Source: Macrostomum lignano (taxonomy: Eukaryota). From it: 39,966 nt of DNA. The stretch is taken from NCBI GenBank assembly GCA_002269645.1, contig NIVC01001276.1, positions 1 to 39,966 of the forward strand, written 5' to 3'. Below the pieces are notes generated by a model that did no database searches, was not told the origin of the DNA, and saw only the letters and a program-made list of their open reading frames with translations. This document shows positions 10,935-21,214 of this stretch, piece by piece; the stretch's first letter is position 1; the number at the start of each line of letters is the position of its first letter. Position numbers and translations under genes: made by a program.

Positions 10935-12275
10935 GCAACCCCTTTTTCGATAACATCAGTTTAAAATTAGTTAATACAACGAACTGTCTATGGCAAAAAC
11001 TCTATTAAAACCATTAACTGCCCAGTAATTTTCGAAATTTATTTCAAGAAAACAAAGAATAGTCTATGGTAGTGACTCCGTCCTTCGCTCATAAAGTGTA
11101 GCTTATGCAGAATGTCTATGGTACGATCCTATATACTGAAATGGTAACTCTTCTTAATCGTCTATGGTCAAATCCAGAAAGGCAACAACTCCAACTAAAT
11201 AAAATGTTCACTTATGCCCAAAAACGCAGTTGAATTGTGTAGTATACAGCTGAAACCTTGCCACGCTATTACATTTTATAGATACTTATTTTGCACCAAT
11301 TTTCATTTTCTTTTTTAAGCAGTTTTTTAAACGATACGAAAGTCGAACTCTAAATTGGCTAGTCCTGACTCAGAACTGTGCATTCCTTAATCATCACATT
11401 CCAAATCAGTCTGAACAAATGCGCTTATATTGCTACTTGACTATCTACTTTACAGTAGCAGTTTTCGATCATTAATATTTATTTTTGCTAGACGCAAACA
11501 GGCGCTATTCAAGTTTAAGCGAACAAAACTAACTGCCCAATATTCCTTTTGGTATTTATTTTTCGTTTTATTTTTTTTCGTTTTATTTTCCGCTTATACA
11601 GTAGCTCTTTGTGTAGAATCTGATTTTAGGATACAACTTTTTTAAACAGACTGTTTTTTACCTTTTTTGGCTTGCAAATATTGCAATAATGTCTTATGGT
11701 CAGCTGGAGTCACCTTTTATAAAGCAATAAATAATTGTTCCAAGTAAACCCTTATTAAATATGTAGATTCACTATAAAAATTGCAGGTTCATTTGCAGTC
11801 TCAATGTTTTACGATCCAGATCCCGATCCCAGATCCCTACCCTTTCCTGACTAACTCAGCCACGAACCAGAGCCAACAGGCTGTCTGGTAATCGGATTTC
11901 CAGCAGGGCCAGATTTCAGACAAGTCAATTTCTCCCATCCAATACCTGCAGACCCTAGCCGATACAATCCATCTCGATCAGGGACTAATCTACCCAGAAT
12001 CTCCCCTTGGCTATGTTGCTATCAGTCATTTGTTTTACTGGGCCAGAATAATGAGACTATGTTCTGTTCGCAGTCTTGTGTATTAAATTTCGCACCACAC
12101 TGAGAACGCTGTAGCGACACGAATACAAGAGGCTAAGCAAAAGGAAATTGGGCTTTGCCCCTTTTTGGAAGAAGAAGCAAAAGTTCAAACAACAGCAGCA
12201 GCACTTCGAGGACAGCTTTCTGAATGACGTCATCTTCCAGTGTGAAGGAAATGATAAGGGAACAAATAGAGAACC

Positions 12276-14231
12276 ATTCACCAAATCAGAGAGTAAATCA
12301 TTCACCAAGTCAGTGAGTGAATCATTCACCAAATCAGTGAGTGAATCATTCACCAAGTCAGTGAGTGAATCGTTCACCAAATCAGTGAGCGAATCATTCA
12401 ATCAGTGAGTGAATCATTCAATCAGTGAGCGAATCATTCACCAAATCAGTGAGCGAATCATTCAATCAGTGAGTGAATCATTCAATCAGTGAGTGAATCA
12501 TTCAATCAGTGAGTGAATCATTCAATCAGTGAGTGAATCATTCACCAAATCAGTGAGCGAATCATTCAATCAGTGAGTGAATCATTCACCAAATCAGTGA
12601 TTGAATGATTCACCAAATCAGTGAGCGAATGATTCACCAAGTCAGTGAGTGAATCATTCACCAAGTTAGTGAGTGAATCATTCAATCAGTGAGTGAATCA
12701 TTCAATCAGTGAGTGAATCAATCACCAAATCAGTGAGCGAATGATTCACCAAGTCAGTCAGCGAATCATTCACCAAGTCAGTCAGCGAATCATTTACCAA
12801 ATTAGTGAGCGAATCCTACACCAAATCAGTGAGCGAATCATTCAATCAATGAGTGAATCATTCAATCAGTGAGTGAATCATTCACCAAATCAGTGATTGA
12901 ATGATTCACCAAATCAGTGAGCGAATGATTCACCAAGTCAGTGAGTGAATCATTCACCAAGTCAGTGAGTGAATCATTCACCAAGTCAGTGAGTGAAACA
13001 TTCAATCAGTGAGTGAATCATTCACCAAATCAGTGATTGAATCATTCACCAAATCAGTGAGTGAATCATCCACCAAATCAGTGAGCGAATCATTCAATCA
13101 GTGAGTGAATCATTCACCAAATCAGTGATTGAATGATTCACCAAATCAGTGAGTGAATCATTCACCAAATCAGTCAGCGAATCATTCAATCAGTGAGTGA
13201 ATCATTCAATCAGTGAGCGAATCATTCACCAAATCAGTGAGCGAATCATTCAATCAGTGAGTGAATCATTCAATCAGTGAGTGAATCATTCAATCAGTGA
13301 GTGAATCATTCACCAAATCAGTGAGCGAATCATTCAATCAGTGAGTGAATCATTCAATCAGTGAGTGAATCATTCAATCAGTGAAAGAATCATTCAATCA
13401 GTGAGTGAATCATTCAATGAGTGAGTGAATCATTCAATGAGTGAGTGAATCATTCAATCAGTGAGTGAATCATTCAATCAGTGAGTGAATCATTCAATCA
13501 GTGAGTGAATCATTCAATCAGTGAGTGAATCATTCACCAAATCAGTGAGCGAATGATTCACCAAGTCAGTCAGCAAATCATTTACCAAATTAGTGAGCGA
13601 ATCCTACACCAAATCAGTGAGCGAATCATTCAATCAATGAGTGAATCATTCAATCAGTGAGTGAATCATTCACCAAATCAGTGATTGAATGATTCACCAA
13701 ATCAGTGAGCGAATGATTCACCAAGTCAGTGAGTGAATCATTCACCAAGTCAGTGAGTGAATCATTCACCAAGTTAGTGAGTGAATCATTCAATCAGTGA
13801 GTGAATCATTCACCAAATCAGTGATTGAATCATTCACCAAATCAGTGAGTGAATCATCCACCAAATCAGTGAGCGAATCATTCAATCAGTGAGTGAATCA
13901 TTCACCAAATCAGTGATTGAATGATTCACCAAATCAGTGAGTGAATAATTTACCAAATCAGTGAGCGAATGATTCATCAAGTCAGTGAGTGAATCATTCA
14001 CCAAATCAGTGAGCGAATCATTCACCAAGTCAGTTAGTGAATAATTCACCAAGTCAGTGAGCGAATCATTCACCAAGCCAGTGAGCGAATCATTCACCAA
14101 GTCAGTGAGTGAATCATTTATCAAATCAGTGAGCGAATCATTCACCAAGCCAGGGAGTGAATCATTCACCAAGCCAGTGAGTGAATCATTCACCAAGTCA
14201 GTGAGTGAATCATTCACCAAGTCAGTGAGTG
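12276..14231. repeat. Satellite of interleaved 24-bp (TCATTCACCAAATCAGTGAGTGAA) and 20-bp (TCATTCAATCAGTGAGTGAA) units
   Basis: About 1.95 kb tandem array with two unit lengths and no unique spacers. Confidence 0.97.
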
Positions 14232-17059
14232 CATCACTTCAACAATAATATTCCCACTAATTAGGTCAATTTGGCACTGTTGCGTTCTTTTTTACTCTTG
14301 TTTAAACCCGGATCAAGCCCTGTAGAAAAGTTTCATCTACGAGCGTATATTGCTGGCTAAAATGAAATAATTAATAATTAATGAGCCAAGTGAACAGGCG
14401 CGGCATAATTTAAGTCGTGGTAAGAGCTGGCTGGCTCCAATAGAAACTGCGCGGAAGTGCAAGCATATATATTTTCAAAATAAGGCTGAAAGTTCTGGAA
14501 TATCAAAATCAATAATGGATAGTAGACAGAAGGATAGTAAACAGCGATTGAATTAACAAATAGAATGATGCGACATTAGGAACCAATTTCAAGTCACTAC
14601 TCAGATAAGCAGGAACAATTTGATGATAAAAGGTCTGAGAGGCCGGAAAGGTCGTTTTCTGCACTCAGCACAGATGTTTAGGCCCTGTTTCATTTGAGAT
14701 ATAAATCTTTGCTAAGCCAACCAAGTTGAGAATTCCCAGTTGACAACAGACAGATGGGAGGAGGCAAGCAATTTGATAATTCTGATCTTAACTACATGGA
14801 AATCGATGCTTGACCATGATTTTTCTGAAAGATGTTGCTGCTGGCATCCTTCTTTGTCCTTTGTTCAGCGTCCACGGTCGCTTTATGATCAACTCACTAA
14901 TGATTGACCCAGTCGCTATAATGATTTGAGTTCAGGGCACAGACGATAGTCGAAAAACCTCGGTTGGATTTCATCAATCAACAAAGTCAAAAGACAGACT
15001 AGAGCACGTTTGAGTCTCAAATGAAATTGGGATCCTTTCTGGAGTAATCGATATAAATGTACAAGCTAGTAGTTGACCGGTGGTAATCAGAGCAAGACTG
15101 GTTAGAGTGTAGCATTCAAATTCAACATTAGATCCCAGGCGCTGATGTACGAATCGACGAAGTACAAGCCAGTGTCGTGGCTAGTTAAAAATTGGCCTCG
15201 TTTGATAGCAAACTGTTCGATCGAGATACAAGCTCTGTCGGTCATCGTATTGGATTTGAAATGAAGACGTCAATTTATTGTCAAACAAGACGCCTGCTGC
15301 GTCGACGCTGTGAAGGTGCTTCTCAGAGTATTGAACAATAGAAAATCACCTTTAAAGTGATGCACTCTAGAGTCAATAGCGGCATTCTAAGTCGAAGATG
15401 GCTAACCTTAAAAGTGAGCAGTTAGTCCTGCAGTTACCATTCGAGAGATTATCGCTGCGACCCACGCATTTTGTCACCTGTGACAGCTGCGGAATCCAAT
15501 TTTTCGATGCGCGAATAGGAAAAGAGATTTCGGCTTTGACTACTCTCTCTTTGAATGGCAGTAAATCCTGATTGAGAACGAGAAGGGACCGACCTAATCT
15601 CTATTGAGGGGATCAGCCATTATGCTAATGCCCTACTTCTTATCAAACTTTAAGCCCAAGCAGACTGGCTGACTTTTGACTATAGCTCGGATAACTATTT
15701 TTAAAGCCTCAAGCTGCTTTTAGCGGTGACAATGACAGCCTCGGAGGATTGCAATGCAGCAAGGATGATAAATATATATGAACTATGCAGTATACTCTCG
15801 TATTGAAGTAGAAGAAAAGTGTACTTCTTGTCTCTTGAGAATACTTTGCACAGCAGCCAAGTGAAAAAATTTGATCCTTGCCAACACTACCAACACCCCT
15901 GCTGCAGTCTGCGCGTGGCGTTACCTTTTCGGTTCCTTTTCAGCACCTCATTTGCATGCATGCTTTACTGATAAAGTGCACGCCGAATGTCGTGGTGAAG
16001 TTCTTGAACGTTCGGAGAGATGGCGCTTATTTGTTTTTTTCCGAATTCGGCTATTTAACAAGGTTAGCAGTCTACAATGTAAGGAAGCTCGAACATGCTA
16101 AATTTTATCTATATGCTGGAAACCCGCTCGTACTAAAATGAAACCAAATTAGACTTCCTTTATAAGACAAACAAATGAGAATAATCGTTGCATTGGTTAT
16201 TTAAAATATCCAGTGAAGCCACTTCAGATAAGGTAGCTCGTAAAAAAACTAGAACAATGAGGAGGCATATCGTTGCTGCAACTGGCTGGCTGAAAACCAT
16301 GAAGTGGTTCCTAGACTGTTGCGAGATCGTCAATAAAAAACTCTGGTTCCTCTGATTCACGTCGAATTCCGCCGGCAACATTATTGATGTTAGTCAGTCA
16401 GGAGGGTATAATTTTTTTGCCTAATAAATCAAAGATCGAATTAATTATAACCGCGAGATGTCTGCAGTAGCGCGAAAACAGCTTTAAAAAAAGTTAATAC
16501 GACATTGCAAAGCATTCGTGAACAGATTTCGGATTGGGTAGCAGCTTTTCGATAATGCTAGGTTTGCATGGCCCTGAGCTCGGTTGCGTGCGCTGTGGCT
16601 GCCACTGCGGATGATTTCCATGCAGACTTTGGCGAACGGCATCGATCAAGTCCGTCTTCTTGTCTTCAGTTTGTCGTCTATTTTGAAGACAGACTCAGCG
16701 CTTTGACTGACTAATGCAGAAGTTCGGCGCGCGTGACATTTCAGCAGTAGCAGCAGAAGCAGTCTGAATTTGACTCTGAGGGACGGACCAGCTGGAAAGA
16801 TCGAGTGACCCAGTTGACGGAACTCCCAATGTCCCTATTCGTCTTCTTGTTTGTTCATTTTTTAGTTACTATAATCTCATACGTTCGTATGAATCAACAA
16901 AAATTTGCCCCAAACCTATCTTTCCTCCTACTTATTACGAGACGATCGGAGAGTGGCTTGTATCTTCCTTGGAGCATCATCTTTTAGTGTGCGCTATTAT
17001 TAGCTCGATGAAGTAAGGCTTGATTAGCTTCGCAGATCCTTTCCTTACATTGTAGACTG

Positions 17060-17229
17060 CTAATGCATCGGTTTGCGCGAGCCCGCGAGGGCTAACCGCT
17101 GTTAGTGCAAGGGGGGGCTGTTTGGGTGCTGGCTGTCTGGTGGGGTGGTGGGTGCGTTGGTGCGTGCGCGTGCCTATTTAGGCCGCCACCTTTGTGGCTG
17201 CGCGGGGTTGCTCGCGGTTGAATTTTTTT
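17060..17229 (+). repeat. Ngaro split direct repeat A1 (170 bp; A2 at 21211-21380)
   Basis: Exact direct repeat starting CTAATGCATCGGTTTGCGCG. Contains a TATA-like CCTATTTAGG near 17172. Confidence 0.95.
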
Positions 17230-17237
17230 GCTGAATC

Positions 17238-18329
17238 ATGGCAGATAGCCTTGTACTGCCCGCAACTAACAAAGCGCTACGAGAAGCCCTTAGTGAGCGC
17301 GGCCTGTCTACTAATGGCAATAAGCAAGAGCTAACAAGTCGTCTAAAACTCAGCATTGCCAAGGAGCTTGAGCGGCAGGCGTTGGAGCAGGACAGAGGCT
17401 CATCTCGTCGTGCTCAAGATGACAAGACATCACCGACGAATGCGGGCGCACCCGAGCTAAGTCTGGCTCCACCTGAGGACGAGATGCTACCGGCGGTGGG
17501 CGCCTCGGCCGAGGGTCGGGCGGCGACGGGAGGCGGTCTCGAGGATCAGCTGCGAGAGACTGAACTGCGCATTCGGCTGCTGGACCTGAAAAAAAGAGAG
17601 GCTCAGCTCGAAGCCGAGCTCGCTGAAGCGCGTCACAGTGGCACGGCGGCTGCGAGAGAACGTGATCAGACTCCCGGTGAGTGGCATGATTTGGTTGGCG
17701 AGTGTATACTCGGGCAGGCTGGGGCTGCAACTTCGCATGCTCAGGCGCCGGCGGTGTACAGAGTCGTTGATTTTATCAGTGAGCGTAAGCGGAGACAAGG
17801 AAGCCAGTCTGTTGTGGGAGCGGCAAAGCCAGAGAGGTTGAGACACGTCAGTCCCGAGTCACTGTCGTTTGGCGATTTCATCTCCGGTAGCTGTAACTTA
17901 CTGGTGCAAATGCTGCGTGATGGCAAACTGCTGCGCATTGTTGATGGCAGAATCGATTCATCCGAGTTGATCGATCATCTCCGACATAACGCTAGAATTG
18001 GTGACCTGCTAGATTTAGGCTTCGATCGCACTAAAGTCATGAGATATGATGACGAATGTCGGCTTCTCCAGCATGATGGAACGCGGTGGAGCGCTGTTAG
18101 CGCAGACCTGGGTCTGGTGGCAACACACTTGATGGCACCAACAAAAATGATAAACGCAACAGCGCCTAAAAAGCGAACGCAGCCACCTGTCTGTTTCGAC
18201 TTCAACAGTCTTAGCGGCTGCAACAGAACTCACTGCCGCTTCGCCCATCAGTGCCGCAGGTGCTCACAGCCGCACTCTGAAGCCCGAGCCCACGCTGATG
18301 GGGACCCGGGCCAATTTTCAAAAAACTAG
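17238..18329 (+). CDS. Ngaro ORF1, Gag-like protein (N-terminal SAP-like motif, coiled coil, C-terminal CCCH/CCH zinc fingers)
   Basis: 363 aa. TNKALREALSERGLSTNGNKQELTSRLK fits the SAP pattern. CFDFNSLSGCNRTHCRFAHQCRRCSQPH fits the zinc-finger type seen in Ngaro ORF1. Confidence 0.85.
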   Translation: MADSLVLPATNKALREALSERGLSTNGNKQELTSRLKLSIAKELERQALEQDRGSSRRAQDDKTSPTNAGAPELSLAPPEDEMLPAVGASAEGRAATGGGLEDQLRETELRIRLLDLKKREAQLEAELAEARHSGTAAARERDQTPGEWHDLVGECILGQAGAATSHAQAPAVYRVVDFISERKRRQGSQSVVGAAKPERLRHVSPESLSFGDFISGSCNLLVQMLRDGKLLRIVDGRIDSSELIDHLRHNARIGDLLDLGFDRTKVMRYDDECRLLQHDGTRWSAVSADLGLVATHLMAPTKMINATAPKKRTQPPVCFDFNSLSGCNRTHCRFAHQCRRCSQPHSEARAHADGDPGQFSKN

Positions 18330-20250
18330 CGTGCGAGGTGGGGGCACAGGACTCAATGTCTGCCGTCGGGTCGCCCTCCTGTGCCCCCACGGGGAGCTCC
18401 CCCTATGTGACCCGAGTTCAACTGAGTTGTCGAGCGACCTTGTGTTTGCGGTTTGGCGGGAAGAGCTGGCTGGGACCGAGATGCCGGAGAACCGTGTCAG
18501 GTTCGTGCTCGATGGTGTGAAGAATGGCTTTCGAATTACTAATAAAGTGATGGATTGTAAGAACCACACTGAGATGGCAAATCACAGATCAGCTACCATT
18601 CACCAGCAAGCTGTTGAGGCCCAGGTGCGCCAGGAGCTCAAGCAGGACCGCTACAGGCGCTGCCAGGCAGGCAACCGGCCGCTCATCGTTAGTGCCCTTG
18701 GTGCGATCCCTAAGGCGGATTCGTCTTCCATCCGCCTTATTCACGACTGCAGCCTGCCAACTGGCGCCTCTGTGAATGATTTCTTTGAGTCGAAACGGAA
18801 GTTGCGTTTTACTTCGGCCAGCAACTTTGCCTCGAAGCTGTACAGCGGCGCGTACATGTGCAAAGTGGATCTGTCGCAAGCATATCGTTCATGTGGTGTG
18901 CACCCTGATGACCACCGGGTCACAGGCATGAAGATTCAGCTCCAAGGCGAGGGCCAGCCAGTGTACCTGTACGACACGCGGCTCCCGTTTGGTGCTTCGG
19001 CTTCCGTCTTCTGCTTTTACGAGCTGAGCCAAGCTGTGCGTTTTATGATGTTGAAGCATGGTTTCTACGCTATGGAGGCCTACATGGATGACTTCGCCTT
19101 TTGTGGAGATCTGGAGTCCTGCTGGAAGTTCTACAACCATCTCATCGATCTGCTCGAGCGGCTAGGCTTCACCGTTAACCGTAGCAAGTGTGTTCCGCCG
19201 ACAACGCGGATGACCTTTCTGGGCATTTTATTTGATAGCGTGGCAGGCCAGATGTCTCTTCCTGCCGAAAAAGTCCAAGACTTGTTGCATGTTTTATCCC
19301 TCTGCTCTTCGAAGAAAAGGCTGTCAAAGTCGTGTTTGCAGAAGTTGATCGGCAAGTTAAACTGGGCGTCGCAAGTTGTTCGGCACGGGAGAGCTTTCCT
19401 CCGACCTCTTATCGACATTGTTAACAAGCTGCATCGGCCTCATGACAGGGTTCTTGTTAGTCCCTCCGTGGTGCACCACCTCTCCTGGTGGCGGTTGGCT
19501 TTGCAGCATCGCATCGGTGTTGGCCTGTGGACTTCGCCGAGGGCTTGTGTTGCCATAGAGACTGACTCGTCGTCTTCAGGCGCCGCGGCGGTGCTCCGTG
19601 ACGGTGATGGGATTCGTGATTGGTGCTTTATTGACTGGCAGATCGACGCAAATGGTGTTTTTCAGAATTACTGCATCAATTACAAGGAGGCTGTGGTTAT
19701 ATTGCTGGCTGTTTTGAGATGGGGCCAATCCTTGGCTGGTTGTCGGCTTGCTGTGTACTGCGACAATGAGACGGCGTGTTGGATTCTAAGGCGAGGTGTC
19801 TCCAAGGACTCGCGTCTGATGTGGTTGCTGCAGTCTGTGGCGTTGCTCTGTCTGCGTTTTGACGTTGAATTTGAGGTCTTTCACGTTCCTGGTGCTTATC
19901 AGCTGTTTGCTGATGCAGGGTCCCGCCTGCACTCGCGTCATGAGTTGCTTAATTTTATTTTCCGTGTTTACGGGTCTGTACCAGTTTGCCCTGTGGAGTT
20001 TTCGGATCACGCGTTTTCTGTTTTTGCCTCCCGTTTTTTATTTTCACAGGCCGCCTCCCTGCAACGCCGACCCTCGGCGCCGCCGCCTCCAGCCTCCTCG
20101 CCGCAGCATACGCACCGCAGTCACGCAGGGCGATCTCATCGGCCGTCCGGTCCTGGCACAGCTTCTGCAACGAGAACGGGACCAACCCGGCTCGATCCGA
20201 CCGGTCGGTGCTACTCAACTACCTGGCTCACCTGGTCGAATGCCGCCTGA
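18298..20250 (+). CDS. Ngaro ORF2, reverse transcriptase plus RNase H
   Basis: RT motifs IRLIHDCS, KVDLSQAYR, LPFGAS, AYMDDF, FLGI. RNase H motifs ETDSS, INYKEA, YCDNETA, ADAGSR. Confidence 0.95.
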   Translation: MGTRANFQKTSVRGGGTGLNVCRRVALLCPHGELPLCDPSSTELSSDLVFAVWREELAGTEMPENRVRFVLDGVKNGFRITNKVMDCKNHTEMANHRSATIHQQAVEAQVRQELKQDRYRRCQAGNRPLIVSALGAIPKADSSSIRLIHDCSLPTGASVNDFFESKRKLRFTSASNFASKLYSGAYMCKVDLSQAYRSCGVHPDDHRVTGMKIQLQGEGQPVYLYDTRLPFGASASVFCFYELSQAVRFMMLKHGFYAMEAYMDDFAFCGDLESCWKFYNHLIDLLERLGFTVNRSKCVPPTTRMTFLGILFDSVAGQMSLPAEKVQDLLHVLSLCSSKKRLSKSCLQKLIGKLNWASQVVRHGRAFLRPLIDIVNKLHRPHDRVLVSPSVVHHLSWWRLALQHRIGVGLWTSPRACVAIETDSSSSGAAAVLRDGDGIRDWCFIDWQIDANGVFQNYCINYKEAVVILLAVLRWGQSLAGCRLAVYCDNETACWILRRGVSKDSRLMWLLQSVALLCLRFDVEFEVFHVPGAYQLFADAGSRLHSRHELLNFIFRVYGSVPVCPVEFSDHAFSVFASRFLFSQAASLQRRPSAPPPPASSPQHTHRSHAGRSHRPSGPGTASATRTGPTRLDPTGRCYSTTWLTWSNAA

Positions 20251-21029
20251 GATCGTTCAACAGTCTGCGTGTCCATGTCAGTGCACTGTCCAGCTGGTTC
20301 AAAGCCTGTGGTGCTGAGGACCTAACAAAACACCACCTGGTCTCACTGCTCGTTCGCGGCGCTAAACGGAGGATGGGCCAGCGACCAAGACGGAAGCTGC
20401 CGATCTCGCCTGCGATGCTGCTGTCTGTGAAAAACCGGCTTAACTCGAGCAGTTCGCTTGACAGAGTCTGCTGGCTTGTGACGCTTATTGCTTGGTGGGG
20501 GATGTTTCGGCGCTCCAGTCTCCTGCCCAGTCAGCAGTCCGCTTCACCGATTTCCGTCTCAGCCTTTCAACGCCACCCGAAGGGGGTTGTGCTCTCTGTC
20601 AGTTATGGCAAGACGAATCAGTTCGGCGCGAAGCTGCACCGGGTGTTGCTTCCAAGGCTAAAAGAAGGACATCCGCTTTGCCCAGTGGCTGCGCTAGAGG
20701 GTCACCTCCGTGTCAGCAAGCTTGGCTGCAGGCAGCCTGTGTTCTCCTACCAGTTGGCGAGCGGATCCTCTGTTGTCCTGTCTGCCTCAAGATTCGACAG
20801 GTTCCTCAAGCGCTGCCTAGCAACTGCTGAGCAGGACGCTCGTTCTTTCTCAGCGCACAGCCTGCGCAGAGGTGGTGCCACCTGGGCCTACCGTCTCGGA
20901 CTATCTGTTCAGGAGGTGAAGTGCATCGGTGACTGGCGAAGTGATGCTGTGACTGCCTACCTTCCATCTGCTGATTCTGTGCGGGCTGGTTCGCGTTTTG
21001 CTGGTGCTTTTAACGAGAGTTGCCTTTGA
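19986..21029 (+). CDS. Ngaro ORF3, tyrosine recombinase (no ATG before the N-terminal domain)
   Basis: Catalytic signature R (GMFRRSSLL), K (YGKTNQFG), HxxR (AHSLRRGGAT), W and Y (IGDWRSDAVTAYL). The listed start at 19986 is TTG. Confidence 0.93.
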   Translation: MPCGVFGSRVFCFCLPFFIFTGRLPATPTLGAAASSLLAAAYAPQSRRAISSAVRSWHSFCNENGTNPARSDRSVLLNYLAHLVECRLRSFNSLRVHVSALSSWFKACGAEDLTKHHLVSLLVRGAKRRMGQRPRRKLPISPAMLLSVKNRLNSSSSLDRVCWLVTLIAWWGMFRRSSLLPSQQSASPISVSAFQRHPKGVVLSVSYGKTNQFGAKLHRVLLPRLKEGHPLCPVAALEGHLRVSKLGCRQPVFSYQLASGSSVVLSASRFDRFLKRCLATAEQDARSFSAHSLRRGGATWAYRLGLSVQEVKCIGDWRSDAVTAYLPSADSVRAGSRFAGAFNESCL

Positions 21030-21137
21030 GTAACTTTTGCTTGTGTTCAAAGTTTTATTTCCGTTCTTATCCCCAGCCTTATTTCCGCCGTTTCGTAAAT
21101 TCTCTCCTTCGTTCATTCATTTGTTTGTTTGGCCTTG

Positions 21138-21214
21138 GGGTTGCATCCTCTGGCTTTTCGCTGCCTCGCCATCGCCACACTCGGTTTGTCTTGTCTTTGC
21201 CTCCCCTTCACTAA
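21138..21214 (+). repeat. Ngaro split direct repeat B1 (77 bp; B2 at 21454-21530)
   Basis: GGGTTGCATCCTCTGG...CCCCTTCACTAA occurs twice. B1 overlaps A2 by CTAA. Confidence 0.95.

Noticed and set aside
12276-14231. CRISPR-like array (24-bp quasi-palindromic repeats)
   Set aside because: Units abut with no unique spacers, there are no cas genes, and the context is eukaryotic. The same applies to the 33-35-bp arrays.
18320-18326. A AAA AAC slippery heptamer at the end of Gag as a gag-pol -1 frameshift
   Set aside because: ORF2 is in the +1 frame relative to ORF1; a -1 slip enters a short dead frame ending at 18520. ORF2 has its own ATG at 18298.
19900-20250. DIRS1-type adenine methyltransferase domain after RNase H
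   Set aside because: No recognisable methyltransferase motifs; the ORF2 tail is low-complexity overlap with ORF3.
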